Assembly (NCBI GenBank): GCA_965224025.1
Contig: OZ245033.1
Span: 3,904,001-3,968,000, forward strand
Origin: Candidatus Multivorans sp.
GTDB lineage: Bacteria; Acidobacteriota; Thermoanaerobaculia; Multivoradales; Multivoraceae
Reading direction: 5' to 3'
DNA length: 64,000 bases
The translations under genes were made by a program, and so were the position numbers. How positions within the stretch are numbered: position 1 is the first letter of the stretch; every line of letters begins with the position of its first letter. Below the pieces are notes generated by a model. That model searched no databases. It saw only the letters and a program-made list of their open reading frames with translations, and was not told where the DNA came from. Shown one piece after another: positions 18,260 to 28,059 of the stretch.

Positions 18260-21031
18260 GTGAAACGACCGCTTCAGACCACCCTCGCCATCTGCCTCCT
18301 GATTCTCGCCGTCGCCTGCGGCGACTCGGCGTCCGACCCTTCCGCTGGAACCGCCGACATCGTCGACATCCCCTACGCGAAGTACGTGCTCGACAACGGC
18401 CTCCGCCTGATCGTCCACGAGGACCACAAGGCGCCGATCGTGGCCGTCAACGTCTGGTACGACGTCGGCGCCGGCGACGAGAAGCCCGGCAAGACCGGCT
18501 TCGCGCACCTGTTCGAGCACCTGATGTTCAACGGCAGCGAGCACTTCAACGACGACTACTTCAAGCCCTTCGACCGCGTCGGCGCGACCGGCATGAACGG
18601 GACGACGAACCAGGACCGCACGAACTACTTCCAGGTCGTGCCGACGACGGCCCTTGACATGGCGCTGTGGATGGAGTCGGACCGCATGGGACACATGCGG
18701 GCGGCCGTGACCCAGGACCGGCTCGATGAGCAGCGCGGCGTGGTCCAGAACGAGAAGCGCCAGGGCGAGAACCAGCCCTACGGCAAGGTGTTCCTGACGA
18801 TCTTCGAGAACACCTATCCGGACGGTCACCCCTATGACCACTCGACGATCGGTTCGCTGGAGGACCTGAACGCCGCCTCGCTCGAAGACGTGCATGAGTG
18901 GTTCGACACCTGGTACGGCGCGGCCAACGCGGTGCTGGTGGTCGCCGGCGACGTCGAGGCCGAGGACGTCAAGGCGCGGGTCGAGAAGTACTTCGGCCAC
19001 ATCCCCTCGGGGCCGCCCCTGATCAAGCCCGATGTCTCCCTCGCGCGCCGCAATGAGGAGAGCCGTATCCTGCTCCAGGACCGCGTGCCGCAGGCGCGCA
19101 TCTACAAGGCCTGGAACGTCGCCACGGTGAAGGATGTCTCGGTCGACCACCTCAGTCTCGCCAGCGACATCCTGGCCGGCGGCAAGAGTTCGCGCCTCCA
19201 CAAGCGGCTTGTCTACGACGACCAGATCGCCACGGACGTCTCGGCGTTTGCGATGACACGCGAGTTCGGCAGCCTTTTCCTGGTCATTGCGACGGCTCAG
19301 CCGGACCAGGATCTGGCCGAGGTGGAAGCCGTGCTCGATGAAGAGCTTGGCGCCTTCCTCGAATCGGGCCCGACCCAGGCCGAGCTGGAGCGCGCGCAGG
19401 CCAGCCAGAAGGCGGTGTTCATCCGCGGCGTCGAGCGCATTGGCGGCTTCGGCGGCAAATCGGACGTCCTGGCCGCGAGCGAGGTCTATCTCGGCACCCC
19501 GGACGGCCACGCGCGAACCCAGGAGAACCTCGCGAACGCAACCGTGGTCGACGTTCACGGCGCAGCGGCCGAGTGGCTCTCGGCGGGCGCCCTCACCGTC
19601 GAAGTGCAATCCTTCCCCACCTACTCGGTAACGGAGAGCGCCGTGGATCGCTCGTCCGGACCGCCCGAGGTCACCGAGTTCCCCTCCGCCTCCTTCCCCG
19701 CGCGCGAGACGACGGAGCTGTCGAACGGCCTGAACGTCATCCTCGCCCAGCGCGACGCGATCCCGGTCGTGAACCTGACCCTGCAGCTCGATGCCGGCTA
19801 CGCCTCGGACCAGTTCTCGCTCGCCGGTACCGCGCGGATGGCGATGGACATGCTCGACGAGGGCACGTCGTCGCGGAACGCGCTCGAGATCTCGGAAGAG
19901 CTCGACACCCTCGGCGCCACGCTGGGCGCCGCTTCGACCCTGGACACCTCGCGGGTCATGATGAGCGCCCTCACTTCGAACCTCGACGCATCGCTCGATC
20001 TCTTCGCCGACGTGATTCTGAATCCGGCGTTCCCGGAAGACGAGTTCGACCGCCGGCGCAACCAACAACTCGCCGCCATCGGCCGCGAGAAGGTCCAACC
20101 GGTGTCGATGGCCCAGCGCGTCCTGCCGCGCATCCTCTACGGCGACGGCCACGCCTACAGCAACCCGCTGACCGGCTCGGGAACCGAGGCCTCGGTGAAC
20201 GAACTCACGCTCGAGTCCCTGCGCGCCTTCCATGACACCTGGTTCGTACCGAACAACGCCACCCTGATCGTCGTCGGCGACATCACGATGGCGGAACTGG
20301 AGCCCGCGGTCGAAGCCCGCTTCGCCGCTTGGGAACCCGGAGACGTGCCGGAGAAGAACCTGGCCGAGGTGGCGCCGCAGCCGGAGACGATCGTCTACCT
20401 GATCGACCGCCCGGACTCGGCGCAGTCGATCATCTTCGCCGGCCAGGTCGCGCCACCGAAGAACGACGCCGCGAACCTCCGGATCGAATCGATGAACGAC
20501 ATTCTCGGCGGCAGCTTCACTTCGCGGATCAACATGAACCTGCGCGAAGACAAGCACTGGTCGTACGGCGCCCGCGCCATTCTGCTGGACGCGGCAGGCC
20601 AGCGCCCCTACTACGCCTATGCGCCGGTCCAGACCGACAGGACGGCAGAGTCGATGGCCGAGATCGACAAGGAGCTGCGCGGTATCCGCGGCGGCGGCGG
20701 CAGACCCCCGACTCAGGCGGAACTCAGCCGGGTCACCGATCAGAACACGCTGACGCTGCCGGGCCGCTGGGAGACGAACTCGTCGGTGATGGCCAGCATT
20801 GCGGAGATGACCCGCTTCGGCTTGCCTTCTGACTACTGGGATACTTTCGCCGACGCTGTACGCACCGTCACCCTGGCCGACGTCAGGGCCCAGGCTGATC
20901 GCGTGCTGCAGCCGAACAGCCTGGTCTGGATCGTGGTCGGTGACCGGGTTCGGATCGAGGAGAAGATCCGAGCGTTGGGCCTGGGCGAGATGCGCTTCCT
21001 GGACGCCGACGGCAATCCGGTGGGCGGGTAG
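18260..21031 (+). CDS. M16 (pitrilysin) family zinc peptidase, probable lipoprotein
   Basis: GFAHLFEHLMFNGS (HXXEH); LAVAC lipobox; duplicated M16 architecture; GTG start after AGGAG. Confidence 0.93.
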   Translation: MKRPLQTTLAICLLILAVACGDSASDPSAGTADIVDIPYAKYVLDNGLRLIVHEDHKAPIVAVNVWYDVGAGDEKPGKTGFAHLFEHLMFNGSEHFNDDYFKPFDRVGATGMNGTTNQDRTNYFQVVPTTALDMALWMESDRMGHMRAAVTQDRLDEQRGVVQNEKRQGENQPYGKVFLTIFENTYPDGHPYDHSTIGSLEDLNAASLEDVHEWFDTWYGAANAVLVVAGDVEAEDVKARVEKYFGHIPSGPPLIKPDVSLARRNEESRILLQDRVPQARIYKAWNVATVKDVSVDHLSLASDILAGGKSSRLHKRLVYDDQIATDVSAFAMTREFGSLFLVIATAQPDQDLAEVEAVLDEELGAFLESGPTQAELERAQASQKAVFIRGVERIGGFGGKSDVLAASEVYLGTPDGHARTQENLANATVVDVHGAAAEWLSAGALTVEVQSFPTYSVTESAVDRSSGPPEVTEFPSASFPARETTELSNGLNVILAQRDAIPVVNLTLQLDAGYASDQFSLAGTARMAMDMLDEGTSSRNALEISEELDTLGATLGAASTLDTSRVMMSALTSNLDASLDLFADVILNPAFPEDEFDRRRNQQLAAIGREKVQPVSMAQRVLPRILYGDGHAYSNPLTGSGTEASVNELTLESLRAFHDTWFVPNNATLIVVGDITMAELEPAVEARFAAWEPGDVPEKNLAEVAPQPETIVYLIDRPDSAQSIIFAGQVAPPKNDAANLRIESMNDILGGSFTSRINMNLREDKHWSYGARAILLDAAGQRPYYAYAPVQTDRTAESMAEIDKELRGIRGGGGRPPTQAELSRVTDQNTLTLPGRWETNSSVMASIAEMTRFGLPSDYWDTFADAVRTVTLADVRAQADRVLQPNSLVWIVVGDRVRIEEKIRALGLGEMRFLDADGNPVGG

Positions 21032-21036
21032 CCGAG

Positions 21037-21828
21037 CTAAAGGCTGGCGTCTCCCCCGCCCCTGGGAACGCGGGCGTCTCGCCCGCATCCGGCGTTTTCA
21101 GACTCGTCTTCCGGCCAGTGGAGGATTCGCCTGGCGCCGGCGAACTCCACGGTCCGGCAGTCCTCGGACACGGTCCGCAGCAACGCAAACCGGGGTGTGT
21201 CCGCGATCTCGACCAGCCCGTGCTGCACCGACGACGCGAACAATCTCTCCTGCTCGTCGAGGCGCAGTGAATCGGGATCGAGGGTGTCGGTGCGGCCATT
21301 GTTGAGGTCGGCAACGACATCGCAGGCACCAGCCTCGGCATCGTCCCGTAGCTGAATCGCAACGAGAGGCGTGGTGGCGCAGTCGAGGTAGCACTTGTCC
21401 CACCAGCCGTCGTTGACGCGGTACTCCACGAAGTAGACGCCGAGCGCCTCCTCGAAGGCGATGTGCTGGATGAAGAAGCGGCGGATGCGGTCGGCCACGG
21501 GACGGCCCTTCCAGACCCAGCGCCGTTCGGCGTCCACCGTGATCGGCGGATAGTGGAAGGACATCAGGGCGTTGTCGAAAGTGCGGCCCCCCGCCACGGC
21601 GCGGGCCAGCGGAACCGGAAAGTAGGTGCCCCGCTCGAGCAAGTCGAGCCGGCCCGGCAACTCCTCGGCGACGACCGCTACGACCGCCGGATCCCTTGCG
21701 GCCTCCGAGTCCGACAACGCTTCCCGGTCAGCCGGCGCCAGCGGGTTGCGGAACCGCGCCTTGTGGGACAGGAAGATAGTGATCCCCCGAGGCCACAGCC
21801 GCTCGCACGCCCGAACCAGTTCGTCCAT
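21037..21828 (-). CDS. Hypothetical protein (C-terminal half weakly DUF1285-like)
   Basis: Co-oriented downstream of the RND permease; ITVDAERRWVWKG...YFVEY...KCYLDCATTPLV. Confidence 0.6.
   Translation of the reverse strand: MDELVRACERLWPRGITIFLSHKARFRNPLAPADREALSDSEAARDPAVVAVVAEELPGRLDLLERGTYFPVPLARAVAGGRTFDNALMSFHYPPITVDAERRWVWKGRPVADRIRRFFIQHIAFEEALGVYFVEYRVNDGWWDKCYLDCATTPLVAIQLRDDAEAGACDVVADLNNGRTDTLDPDSLRLDEQERLFASSVQHGLVEIADTPRFALLRTVSEDCRTVEFAGARRILHWPEDESENAGCGRDARVPRGGGDASL
21042..21093. repeat. REP-like hairpin pair between convergent genes
   Basis: Degenerate gctggcgtctcccccgc, then cctgggaacGCGGGCGtctCGCCCGCatccggc. Confidence 0.65.
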
Positions 21829-21857
21829 GGCTACGAGTCGCCTGGCGCCAACCGGCT

Positions 21858-24800
21858 CTATCTGCCTCCGGGCTGCGGCACCGGCTCGGGCTCCACCCGC
21901 TCCCCCCCGAACACCAGCCAGCGCACACCGTGCTTGAGATCCTCGATCATCATGTACAGGCACGGAACGAGAACCAGGGCGATGCCGGTAACGAACAGGA
22001 CGCCGAAACCGAGGCTGAGAGCCATCGGAACGAGCCATTGGGCCTGGTTCGAACGTTCCAGGATGATCGGCATCAAGCCGAAGAAGGTCGTCAGCGAGGT
22101 CAGGACGACCGGCCTCACGCGCCGGGTCACCCCGCCGATCACCGCATCCAGCGCGCTCTTGCCTTCATTCCGCAACTGGTTCACCGCATCGATCAGCACC
22201 AGGGAGTCGTTGACCACGACGCCGGCCAGCGCGACCAAGCCGAAGATGCTCAAGAAACTTAGGTCGTAGCCCATCACCAGGTGGCCGATCACGGCCCCGA
22301 ACATGCCGAAGGGCACCGCCGCCAGAATCACGATCGGCTGCAGGTAGCTGCGGAAGGCGACTGCCATCAGCGCATACATCGCGAGCATCGCGATGCCCAG
22401 GCCCTTGGCCAGAGACCCCACGGCCTCGGCCTGCGCTTCCTGCTCGCCGCTGAAGTTGAACGTCAGGCCGGGCGTGTCGGCCACCACGTCGGGAAGGATG
22501 TCGCGCGCCAGGCCGGCGCGGATGTCGTTGCCGGTCGTCAGCGTGGGATCGATATCCGAAGTCACGGTCACGGTGCGACGGCCGTCGACGCGCAGGATCT
22601 CGGTGAACGAGGTCCCGCGGCTCACGTAGGCGGCCTGGTGGAGCGGGATCTCACCGCCGGCCGGAGTCCGGATGAGCAGGTTCTCGATCGCATGGACCGA
22701 ATCACGCTCTTCCTTCGGCAGGCGAACGTAGACCCGCAACTCGTCGCGCCCCCGCTGCTGCCGGCTGGCCTCGGCGCCGAAGAACGCGCCCCTGACCTGG
22801 GCCGCGAGATCGACCTCCGTCAGGCCCAACCCCTTGGCGGCGGGCTTGAGCTCCAGGTCCAGTTGCGGCTTGCCGACCTTGAAGCCGTCGTCGACATCGA
22901 AGACACCGGCGTAGTTCGCAAGCCCCGCGGCCACCCGCGCAGCGGCCGCTTCGAGGGGAGGGGTGTCGGTGTGCTCGAGCTGAACCGAGACCTTCGCGCC
23001 GGCCGACGGGCCGTCGTTGTAGTCGAACGACAGGCGGTCCACGCCGGTAACGTCACCCACCCGCTCGCGCCAGCGCCGCGTGAACTCGGCCGAACCGAAC
23101 TCGCGGTCGCCGTCCGGAACCAGGTAGGCGGTAACGACCGCCACGTGACCGCCGGTCGCGGGAATGCCGCCGCCCGGACCGAACGCCCCGGTGTCGGCAC
23201 TTCCGACCCGCGCCCTGATCCCCTCGAAGACGGTCTCGGCGGTCGAGCCGTCGCGCCGCGGACGCATTCGTCCCTCCGCCACGAGTTCGGCGCCGACCTC
23301 CTCGGCGGCGCGGGTCACCAGGCGCACCACCTCACGCGTGTCCGCCACCGGCGCGCCGAAGGGCAGTTCGATCACCCCGTTTGCGAACTCGCCCTCGATC
23401 TGGGGAAAGAAGTTGAACTTCAGGTGTCCACCGGCGACCACACTGACGGCCACGATGAGTCCCGCGACGAGGACGGCCACGGTCAGGTACCGGTCGCGCA
23501 CCAGCCGCCGGGTCAGCGGCGGCACCCGCGCCGCGATGACCCGCTCGACCCACTCGGAGAAGCGGAGCTGTTGGGCCGCCAGCCGCCTGAACGGATTGAT
23601 CGACCGCCGCCTGCGCCCCCTCCTGCCCCGCAGCTTGGTCCGTCCCACGTGCCGCAGGTGCGCCGGCAGGATGAACACGGACTCCACCAGCGAGAACACG
23701 AGGACCGGGATGACGATCAGCGGAATGTTGCGGAAGAACTTGCCGGTGATGCCGGGCACGACCGCCAGGGGAATGAACGCGATGATCGTCGTGACGACGG
23801 CGAACACGACCGGCGTCAGGACTTCGCGGGTTCCGACGATTGCGGCCTCGAGCCGGTTGTCGCTGCGGCGGTGGTAGAAGATCGCCTCGCCGACCACGAC
23901 GGCGTCGTCCACCGCGATGCCCAGCACCAGGATGAAGGCGAACAGGGAGATCATGTTGATCGACACGCCGAACATCGAGATGAGGAAGAACGAGCCGCAG
24001 AAGGCGATCCCGATGCCGGCGCTGACCCAGAAGGCGACCGCGGGCCGCAGGAAGAGGCCCAGCACCGTGATCACCAGGATCAGGCCGAGAAGCCCGTTCC
24101 TGCCCAGGATCGACAGGCGGTCGCGATAGTCCTCCGACTCGTCGGCGACGATCGCCAGATCCACCGTGTCGGGAAGCGTGCCCCGGCGGCGCTCGAGCAG
24201 GTCGTACACCGCGCTCGAGACCGAGAGCGGCACCTCGGCGCCCACCCGGAACACCTGCAGGTCGACCGCCGTCTGGCCGTTGTAGAGAAGCTCCTCGTCC
24301 GTCTCCCGGTAGCCGTCGATCACCTCGGCCACGTCGCGAAGGCGCACGCGGGTACCGTCGGCGCGGGCGATCAGCGTGATGTCCCGGAACTCCTCCCCGT
24401 AGTCGCGCCGCTCCGTGGTGCGCACCAGCACCTCGCCGCCCTCGGTCTTGACTGAGCCGCCCGGCAGGTCGATCGAGGCGGCACGCACGGCGGCCGAGAT
24501 CTGGGGCAGGGTGAGGCCATAGCGACGGAGGTTCTCCGACGACACTTCGACACTGATTTCGGGCGGCGGAAGGCCCGCTTTCTCGACCAGGGTGATTCGG
24601 TCATCGGAGAGCAGTTCGCTACGGATCTCCTCGGCGAGCCGGTCGAGGGACTTGACGTCCACGTCGCCATGAACAAGCAGCGACAGGACCTGCCTGCGGT
24701 TCGTGACCAGGGAGATCACCGGCCGCTCGGCATCCTGCGGGAAGGACGTGATCCGGTCCACCGCACTCTTGATGTCGTTCAGGGTGCGGTCGGAGTTCGC

Positions 24801-25133
24801 GCTCTGAAGCAGCTCGGCCATCACCGTGCCGAGCCCTTCGACGGAGATCGAGTTGATCTTCTTGATGCCGTCGAGAGAACTGATCTCCTCCTCGATCGCG
24901 AGAACAGCGCCCTCTTCCACTTCCTGCGGCGATGCCCCCGGATAGGCGACGACGACGGTCACCCTGTCCATCTCGATCTCGGGAAACACCTCCCGCTTGA
25001 TGCTCAGCGCGAACAGGATCCCGCCAACGACCAGCACGAACATCAGCAGATTCGCCGCCACCGGGTTGGAGGCCATCCACCCGATCGGCCCCTTCTTGTC
25101 GACGGGACCGTGGTCGTGGGACATCAGACTCAT
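21858..25133 (-). CDS. RND efflux permease (AcrB/AcrD/AcrF family)
   Basis: NPVAANLLM, YPGASPQEVE, LGIAVDDAVVVGE, GVVVNDSLVL and RVRPVVLTSLTT motifs. Confidence 0.95.
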   Translation of the reverse strand: MSLMSHDHGPVDKKGPIGWMASNPVAANLLMFVLVVGGILFALSIKREVFPEIEMDRVTVVVAYPGASPQEVEEGAVLAIEEEISSLDGIKKINSISVEGLGTVMAELLQSANSDRTLNDIKSAVDRITSFPQDAERPVISLVTNRRQVLSLLVHGDVDVKSLDRLAEEIRSELLSDDRITLVEKAGLPPPEISVEVSSENLRRYGLTLPQISAAVRAASIDLPGGSVKTEGGEVLVRTTERRDYGEEFRDITLIARADGTRVRLRDVAEVIDGYRETDEELLYNGQTAVDLQVFRVGAEVPLSVSSAVYDLLERRRGTLPDTVDLAIVADESEDYRDRLSILGRNGLLGLILVITVLGLFLRPAVAFWVSAGIGIAFCGSFFLISMFGVSINMISLFAFILVLGIAVDDAVVVGEAIFYHRRSDNRLEAAIVGTREVLTPVVFAVVTTIIAFIPLAVVPGITGKFFRNIPLIVIPVLVFSLVESVFILPAHLRHVGRTKLRGRRGRRRRSINPFRRLAAQQLRFSEWVERVIAARVPPLTRRLVRDRYLTVAVLVAGLIVAVSVVAGGHLKFNFFPQIEGEFANGVIELPFGAPVADTREVVRLVTRAAEEVGAELVAEGRMRPRRDGSTAETVFEGIRARVGSADTGAFGPGGGIPATGGHVAVVTAYLVPDGDREFGSAEFTRRWRERVGDVTGVDRLSFDYNDGPSAGAKVSVQLEHTDTPPLEAAAARVAAGLANYAGVFDVDDGFKVGKPQLDLELKPAAKGLGLTEVDLAAQVRGAFFGAEASRQQRGRDELRVYVRLPKEERDSVHAIENLLIRTPAGGEIPLHQAAYVSRGTSFTEILRVDGRRTVTVTSDIDPTLTTGNDIRAGLARDILPDVVADTPGLTFNFSGEQEAQAEAVGSLAKGLGIAMLAMYALMAVAFRSYLQPIVILAAVPFGMFGAVIGHLVMGYDLSFLSIFGLVALAGVVVNDSLVLIDAVNQLRNEGKSALDAVIGGVTRRVRPVVLTSLTTFFGLMPIILERSNQAQWLVPMALSLGFGVLFVTGIALVLVPCLYMMIEDLKHGVRWLVFGGERVEPEPVPQPGGR

Positions 25134-26398
25134 GGCGACACCGCGGCGCCTTCCGCTCCGCTCCCCCACGCCGAGACATCCCAGCGACTCGCCACAGACA
25201 GGAACTCCGACGCGACCATCGGCGGCGCATCGTCGACCCGGCGCAGCTTCATCCCTTCAATCGGGGTCGCAAGGCGACTGGTCACGACCAGGTCCCCGTC
25301 GTTCAGGCCGCTGTCGATGCAAACGCTGTCCTCAAAGCGCCACGCGACTTCGACCGCGCGTGACTCGAGGCGCCCCTCGCTGTACATCCGCAGATTCTTC
25401 CCTTCGTGCAGCCAATCGCGGGGCAACTCGAACAGGTCGCGGACGGTGGCGCCCTCGAGCATCAGATCGACATAGCTGTCGAGCAGAAGCAACCCGCGGC
25501 GACCGGCTCTGCCGGCCCCACTCTCGAGTCCGAGCGGATCCGCGACTTCGACCAGCACCCGGGCCATCCGGCCGGCGGTGTCGAGATCGCCCAGAAGACG
25601 GACGATGCGGCCCGGCAGAACGTCAGCGTTCTCCGGATCGAGCCGCACCATGGCCCGCGAACCAAGGGCGGCCCCGTGCAGACCCGGCACCCTCAGTTGA
25701 TCGAGTTCCTCCGTGCGGACCGCGGCGCGCACCCAGAAGGCATTCGTACCCGCCAAGGTCACTGCCTGACTCTGCGGCGTCACTATCTGCCCGACCTCGA
25801 TCGACTCGGAGAGAACCACCGCGTTGAAGGGACTACGGACGACCGTGCGCTCCATGTCCAGTCTGGCCCGCGCGAGGTTGGCGCGCGCCGTCTGGACAGC
25901 CGAGAGCCGCGAGCGCAGTTGCGGCTCCCGCAGGGCAAGCGAAGCCGCCTTCTGTTCCGCATCCAGCTCGTCCTGGAACAACTCCCACTCCCGCTCGGCG
26001 ACGCGGCCCCGGCCCTGTTCGAGTTGCAACTGGGCCGCCGCCTCAGCGACCGCGGCGGTGGCCCTGGCCACCGCCAGCTTGAAGTCGGCGTCCTCGATCG
26101 CGAAGATCAGGTCGCCTTCCCGGAGGATGGTCCCGGGAGCGAGGTTTGCCGCCGCAACATCGATGCGGCCGCTGACCTGGGGCTGCACGACGACCCGCTG
26201 GGCCGGTACGACGGTGCCCTGCGCTTCGACGTCGATGCGCCGCGGAAGACGCCTCACTTCGGCTACTTCGACCAACACGCCCGAGTCGTCAGGCGGGACC
26301 TGCACCGCCTGCGGGCGGGAACGGATGATCCCCAGCGCGGCCGCCACACTGACCGCCAACACGAGCACGACGAGTCCAACCCGGGCCAGAGTGGCCAT
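25130..26398 (-). CDS. RND periplasmic adaptor (membrane fusion protein)
   Basis: N-terminal anchor, PQVSGRI, coiled coil, ERTVVRSPFNA. Confidence 0.93.
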   Translation of the reverse strand: MATLARVGLVVLVLAVSVAAALGIIRSRPQAVQVPPDDSGVLVEVAEVRRLPRRIDVEAQGTVVPAQRVVVQPQVSGRIDVAAANLAPGTILREGDLIFAIEDADFKLAVARATAAVAEAAAQLQLEQGRGRVAEREWELFQDELDAEQKAASLALREPQLRSRLSAVQTARANLARARLDMERTVVRSPFNAVVLSESIEVGQIVTPQSQAVTLAGTNAFWVRAAVRTEELDQLRVPGLHGAALGSRAMVRLDPENADVLPGRIVRLLGDLDTAGRMARVLVEVADPLGLESGAGRAGRRGLLLLDSYVDLMLEGATVRDLFELPRDWLHEGKNLRMYSEGRLESRAVEVAWRFEDSVCIDSGLNDGDLVVTSRLATPIEGMKLRRVDDAPPMVASEFLSVASRWDVSAWGSGAEGAAVSP

Positions 26399-27933
26399 CA
26401 GAATGCTCCTCCCGTGCCGATCGTCTGAGGACCCGCCGCCAGTTGGGCTGCCAGCCGCTCAACGGACGTACCCGGCGCAAAGCCCAGCGCCCGGCAGAGC
26501 TGCAGCCGGCTGCCGAGCTGCTGGCGCCGGGCGTCGATCAATGCCTGCTCGAGTCCCTGCTGCGAGAGCAGCGCGGTCAGCACGTTCAGGTAGTCCGTGG
26601 CGCCCTCCCGGTACGACTCGCTGGTCAGGAGCAGCACCCGGCGCGCCTCCCCGAGCCGCTCCTGGAGGTTGACGACCAGTTCGCGGGTGCTCCGACCCAC
26701 CGCAAGCGCCGTCTGCACCTCCCCGACGGCATTCACCAGCGACTGCGCATAGGCGTAGAGACTCTCTTCGGCCGCCGCGTATGCCTGGTCGATGCGAGCC
26801 CGCCGTCCGCCGGCGCCGTAGAGAGCCTGCGACGCGGTACCGCCGATCTGCCGCACCAGGTCGTCCAGCACGTCGACGATCTCCAGCGCGCGACCGGTCA
26901 AGAGGGCGTTCAGCGACAGCGAGGGCAACCACTCCTTCACCGCCGCCGCCGCGCGCCGGTCGGCGGCCTCGACCCGGCGGCGCGCCGCCAGCAGATCGGG
27001 CCGACGCTCCAGCAACTCGGCCGGCACGCCGAGGCCTGGCCGGTCGGCTGCCTCCAGAAGCGGCCCGAGACCCGGTGAGTCAGCGGGCGTCTGGCGCTCC
27101 GCACTGCCCAGGAGGACAGCGAGCTGGAAGTCCAGTGATTCGAGCCGGCCACGAGCCAGGTCGATCTGGCCCTGCAGACTCAGCAACTGCTCGCGTTGGC
27201 GGCCGATGTCCTGAGCGGGGCCCAATCCCTGCCCGAACCGCAACTGAGTGAGTTCCAGGAATCGCTCCGAAGTCTGCTGCTGGCTCTCGAGGAGAGCAAT
27301 CAACTCTCGTTCCGCCACGATGCCGAACCAGACTTCGGCCAGCACCGACGACAGGCTGATGGCCAGCGAGCGCAGATCCTGAACGCTCGCCTCGGCATCC
27401 AGCAGGGCCGCCACTTCCCGATTCCGCAGCCGGCCCCAGAGATCGATCTCGAAGCCAGCCGCCAGACTCGCGTCGTATGCCGCGCCCTGCAGAAGGAACT
27501 GGTTGACGATCCCGCTGCTCGGAAAGGTGAGATCATTCCCCGCCAGGGTGGCGTCGAGACGCGGCATCAGGTAAGCGCCGCTCTCGCGGGCGCGGGCATC
27601 GGCCGCCTCGACTCGGCTCCACGCGGCCTGAAGGTCGAAGCTCTGACCGGCAAGACGGTCCTGCAGGTCCCGCAGGGTCTCATCGCCCAGTACGCCGCAG
27701 GCGCCGGGCGCCTCCGCGGCGCTCATCTGGTCGATGCCCCGATCGAACTCGGCGGGCGTTTCCGCCACCTCCGGAATGCGGTCGAGCACGCTCGTGTGCG
27801 CGCAGCCCAGCACCACCGCAGCCAGAACGCCGACCGCGACAAAAGTCCCATACGCCCGAGAAGATGGGCCTTGGGCGCGGGCAGCCGTATCGAGTGGGCA
27901 ACGCATGGGCGACAAAGCGGCGGGAACTGGCAA
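26398..27933 (-). CDS. TolC/OprM-type outer membrane efflux lipoprotein
   Basis: VLGC lipobox; FEIDLWGRLR, GVPAELLERRPDL and YREGATDYLNVL motifs; start uncertain. Confidence 0.92.
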   Translation of the reverse strand: MPVPAALSPMRCPLDTAARAQGPSSRAYGTFVAVGVLAAVVLGCAHTSVLDRIPEVAETPAEFDRGIDQMSAAEAPGACGVLGDETLRDLQDRLAGQSFDLQAAWSRVEAADARARESGAYLMPRLDATLAGNDLTFPSSGIVNQFLLQGAAYDASLAAGFEIDLWGRLRNREVAALLDAEASVQDLRSLAISLSSVLAEVWFGIVAERELIALLESQQQTSERFLELTQLRFGQGLGPAQDIGRQREQLLSLQGQIDLARGRLESLDFQLAVLLGSAERQTPADSPGLGPLLEAADRPGLGVPAELLERRPDLLAARRRVEAADRRAAAAVKEWLPSLSLNALLTGRALEIVDVLDDLVRQIGGTASQALYGAGGRRARIDQAYAAAEESLYAYAQSLVNAVGEVQTALAVGRSTRELVVNLQERLGEARRVLLLTSESYREGATDYLNVLTALLSQQGLEQALIDARRQQLGSRLQLCRALGFAPGTSVERLAAQLAAGPQTIGTGGAF

Positions 27934-27970
27934 CTCTATGCCAATCCGGATACGTCTTCCCGCTACGGAA

Positions 27971-28043
27971 GTTCCATCCGTGCGCTCGATGACTCGCGTA
28001 CGGAGTGGTTCGCAGGTGGCGCCGACCGCCCCACCTGGGTTCC
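27971..28043. repeat. Double-hairpin dispersed repeat, copy B (intergenic)
   Basis: GTTCC-atccgtgcgc...gcgtacgga-gtggttcg-CAGGTGG...CCACCTG-gGTTCC. Confidence 0.8.
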
Positions 28044-28059
28044 GAAGCGGCGCGGAGAT

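Noticed and set aside
14129-21088. Long antisense ORFs (14129-16453, 18101-21088; also 22281-24455, 28354-30369, 46556-48736)
   Set aside because: Shadow frames of high-GC genes with clear motifs on the other strand; no recognisable domains.
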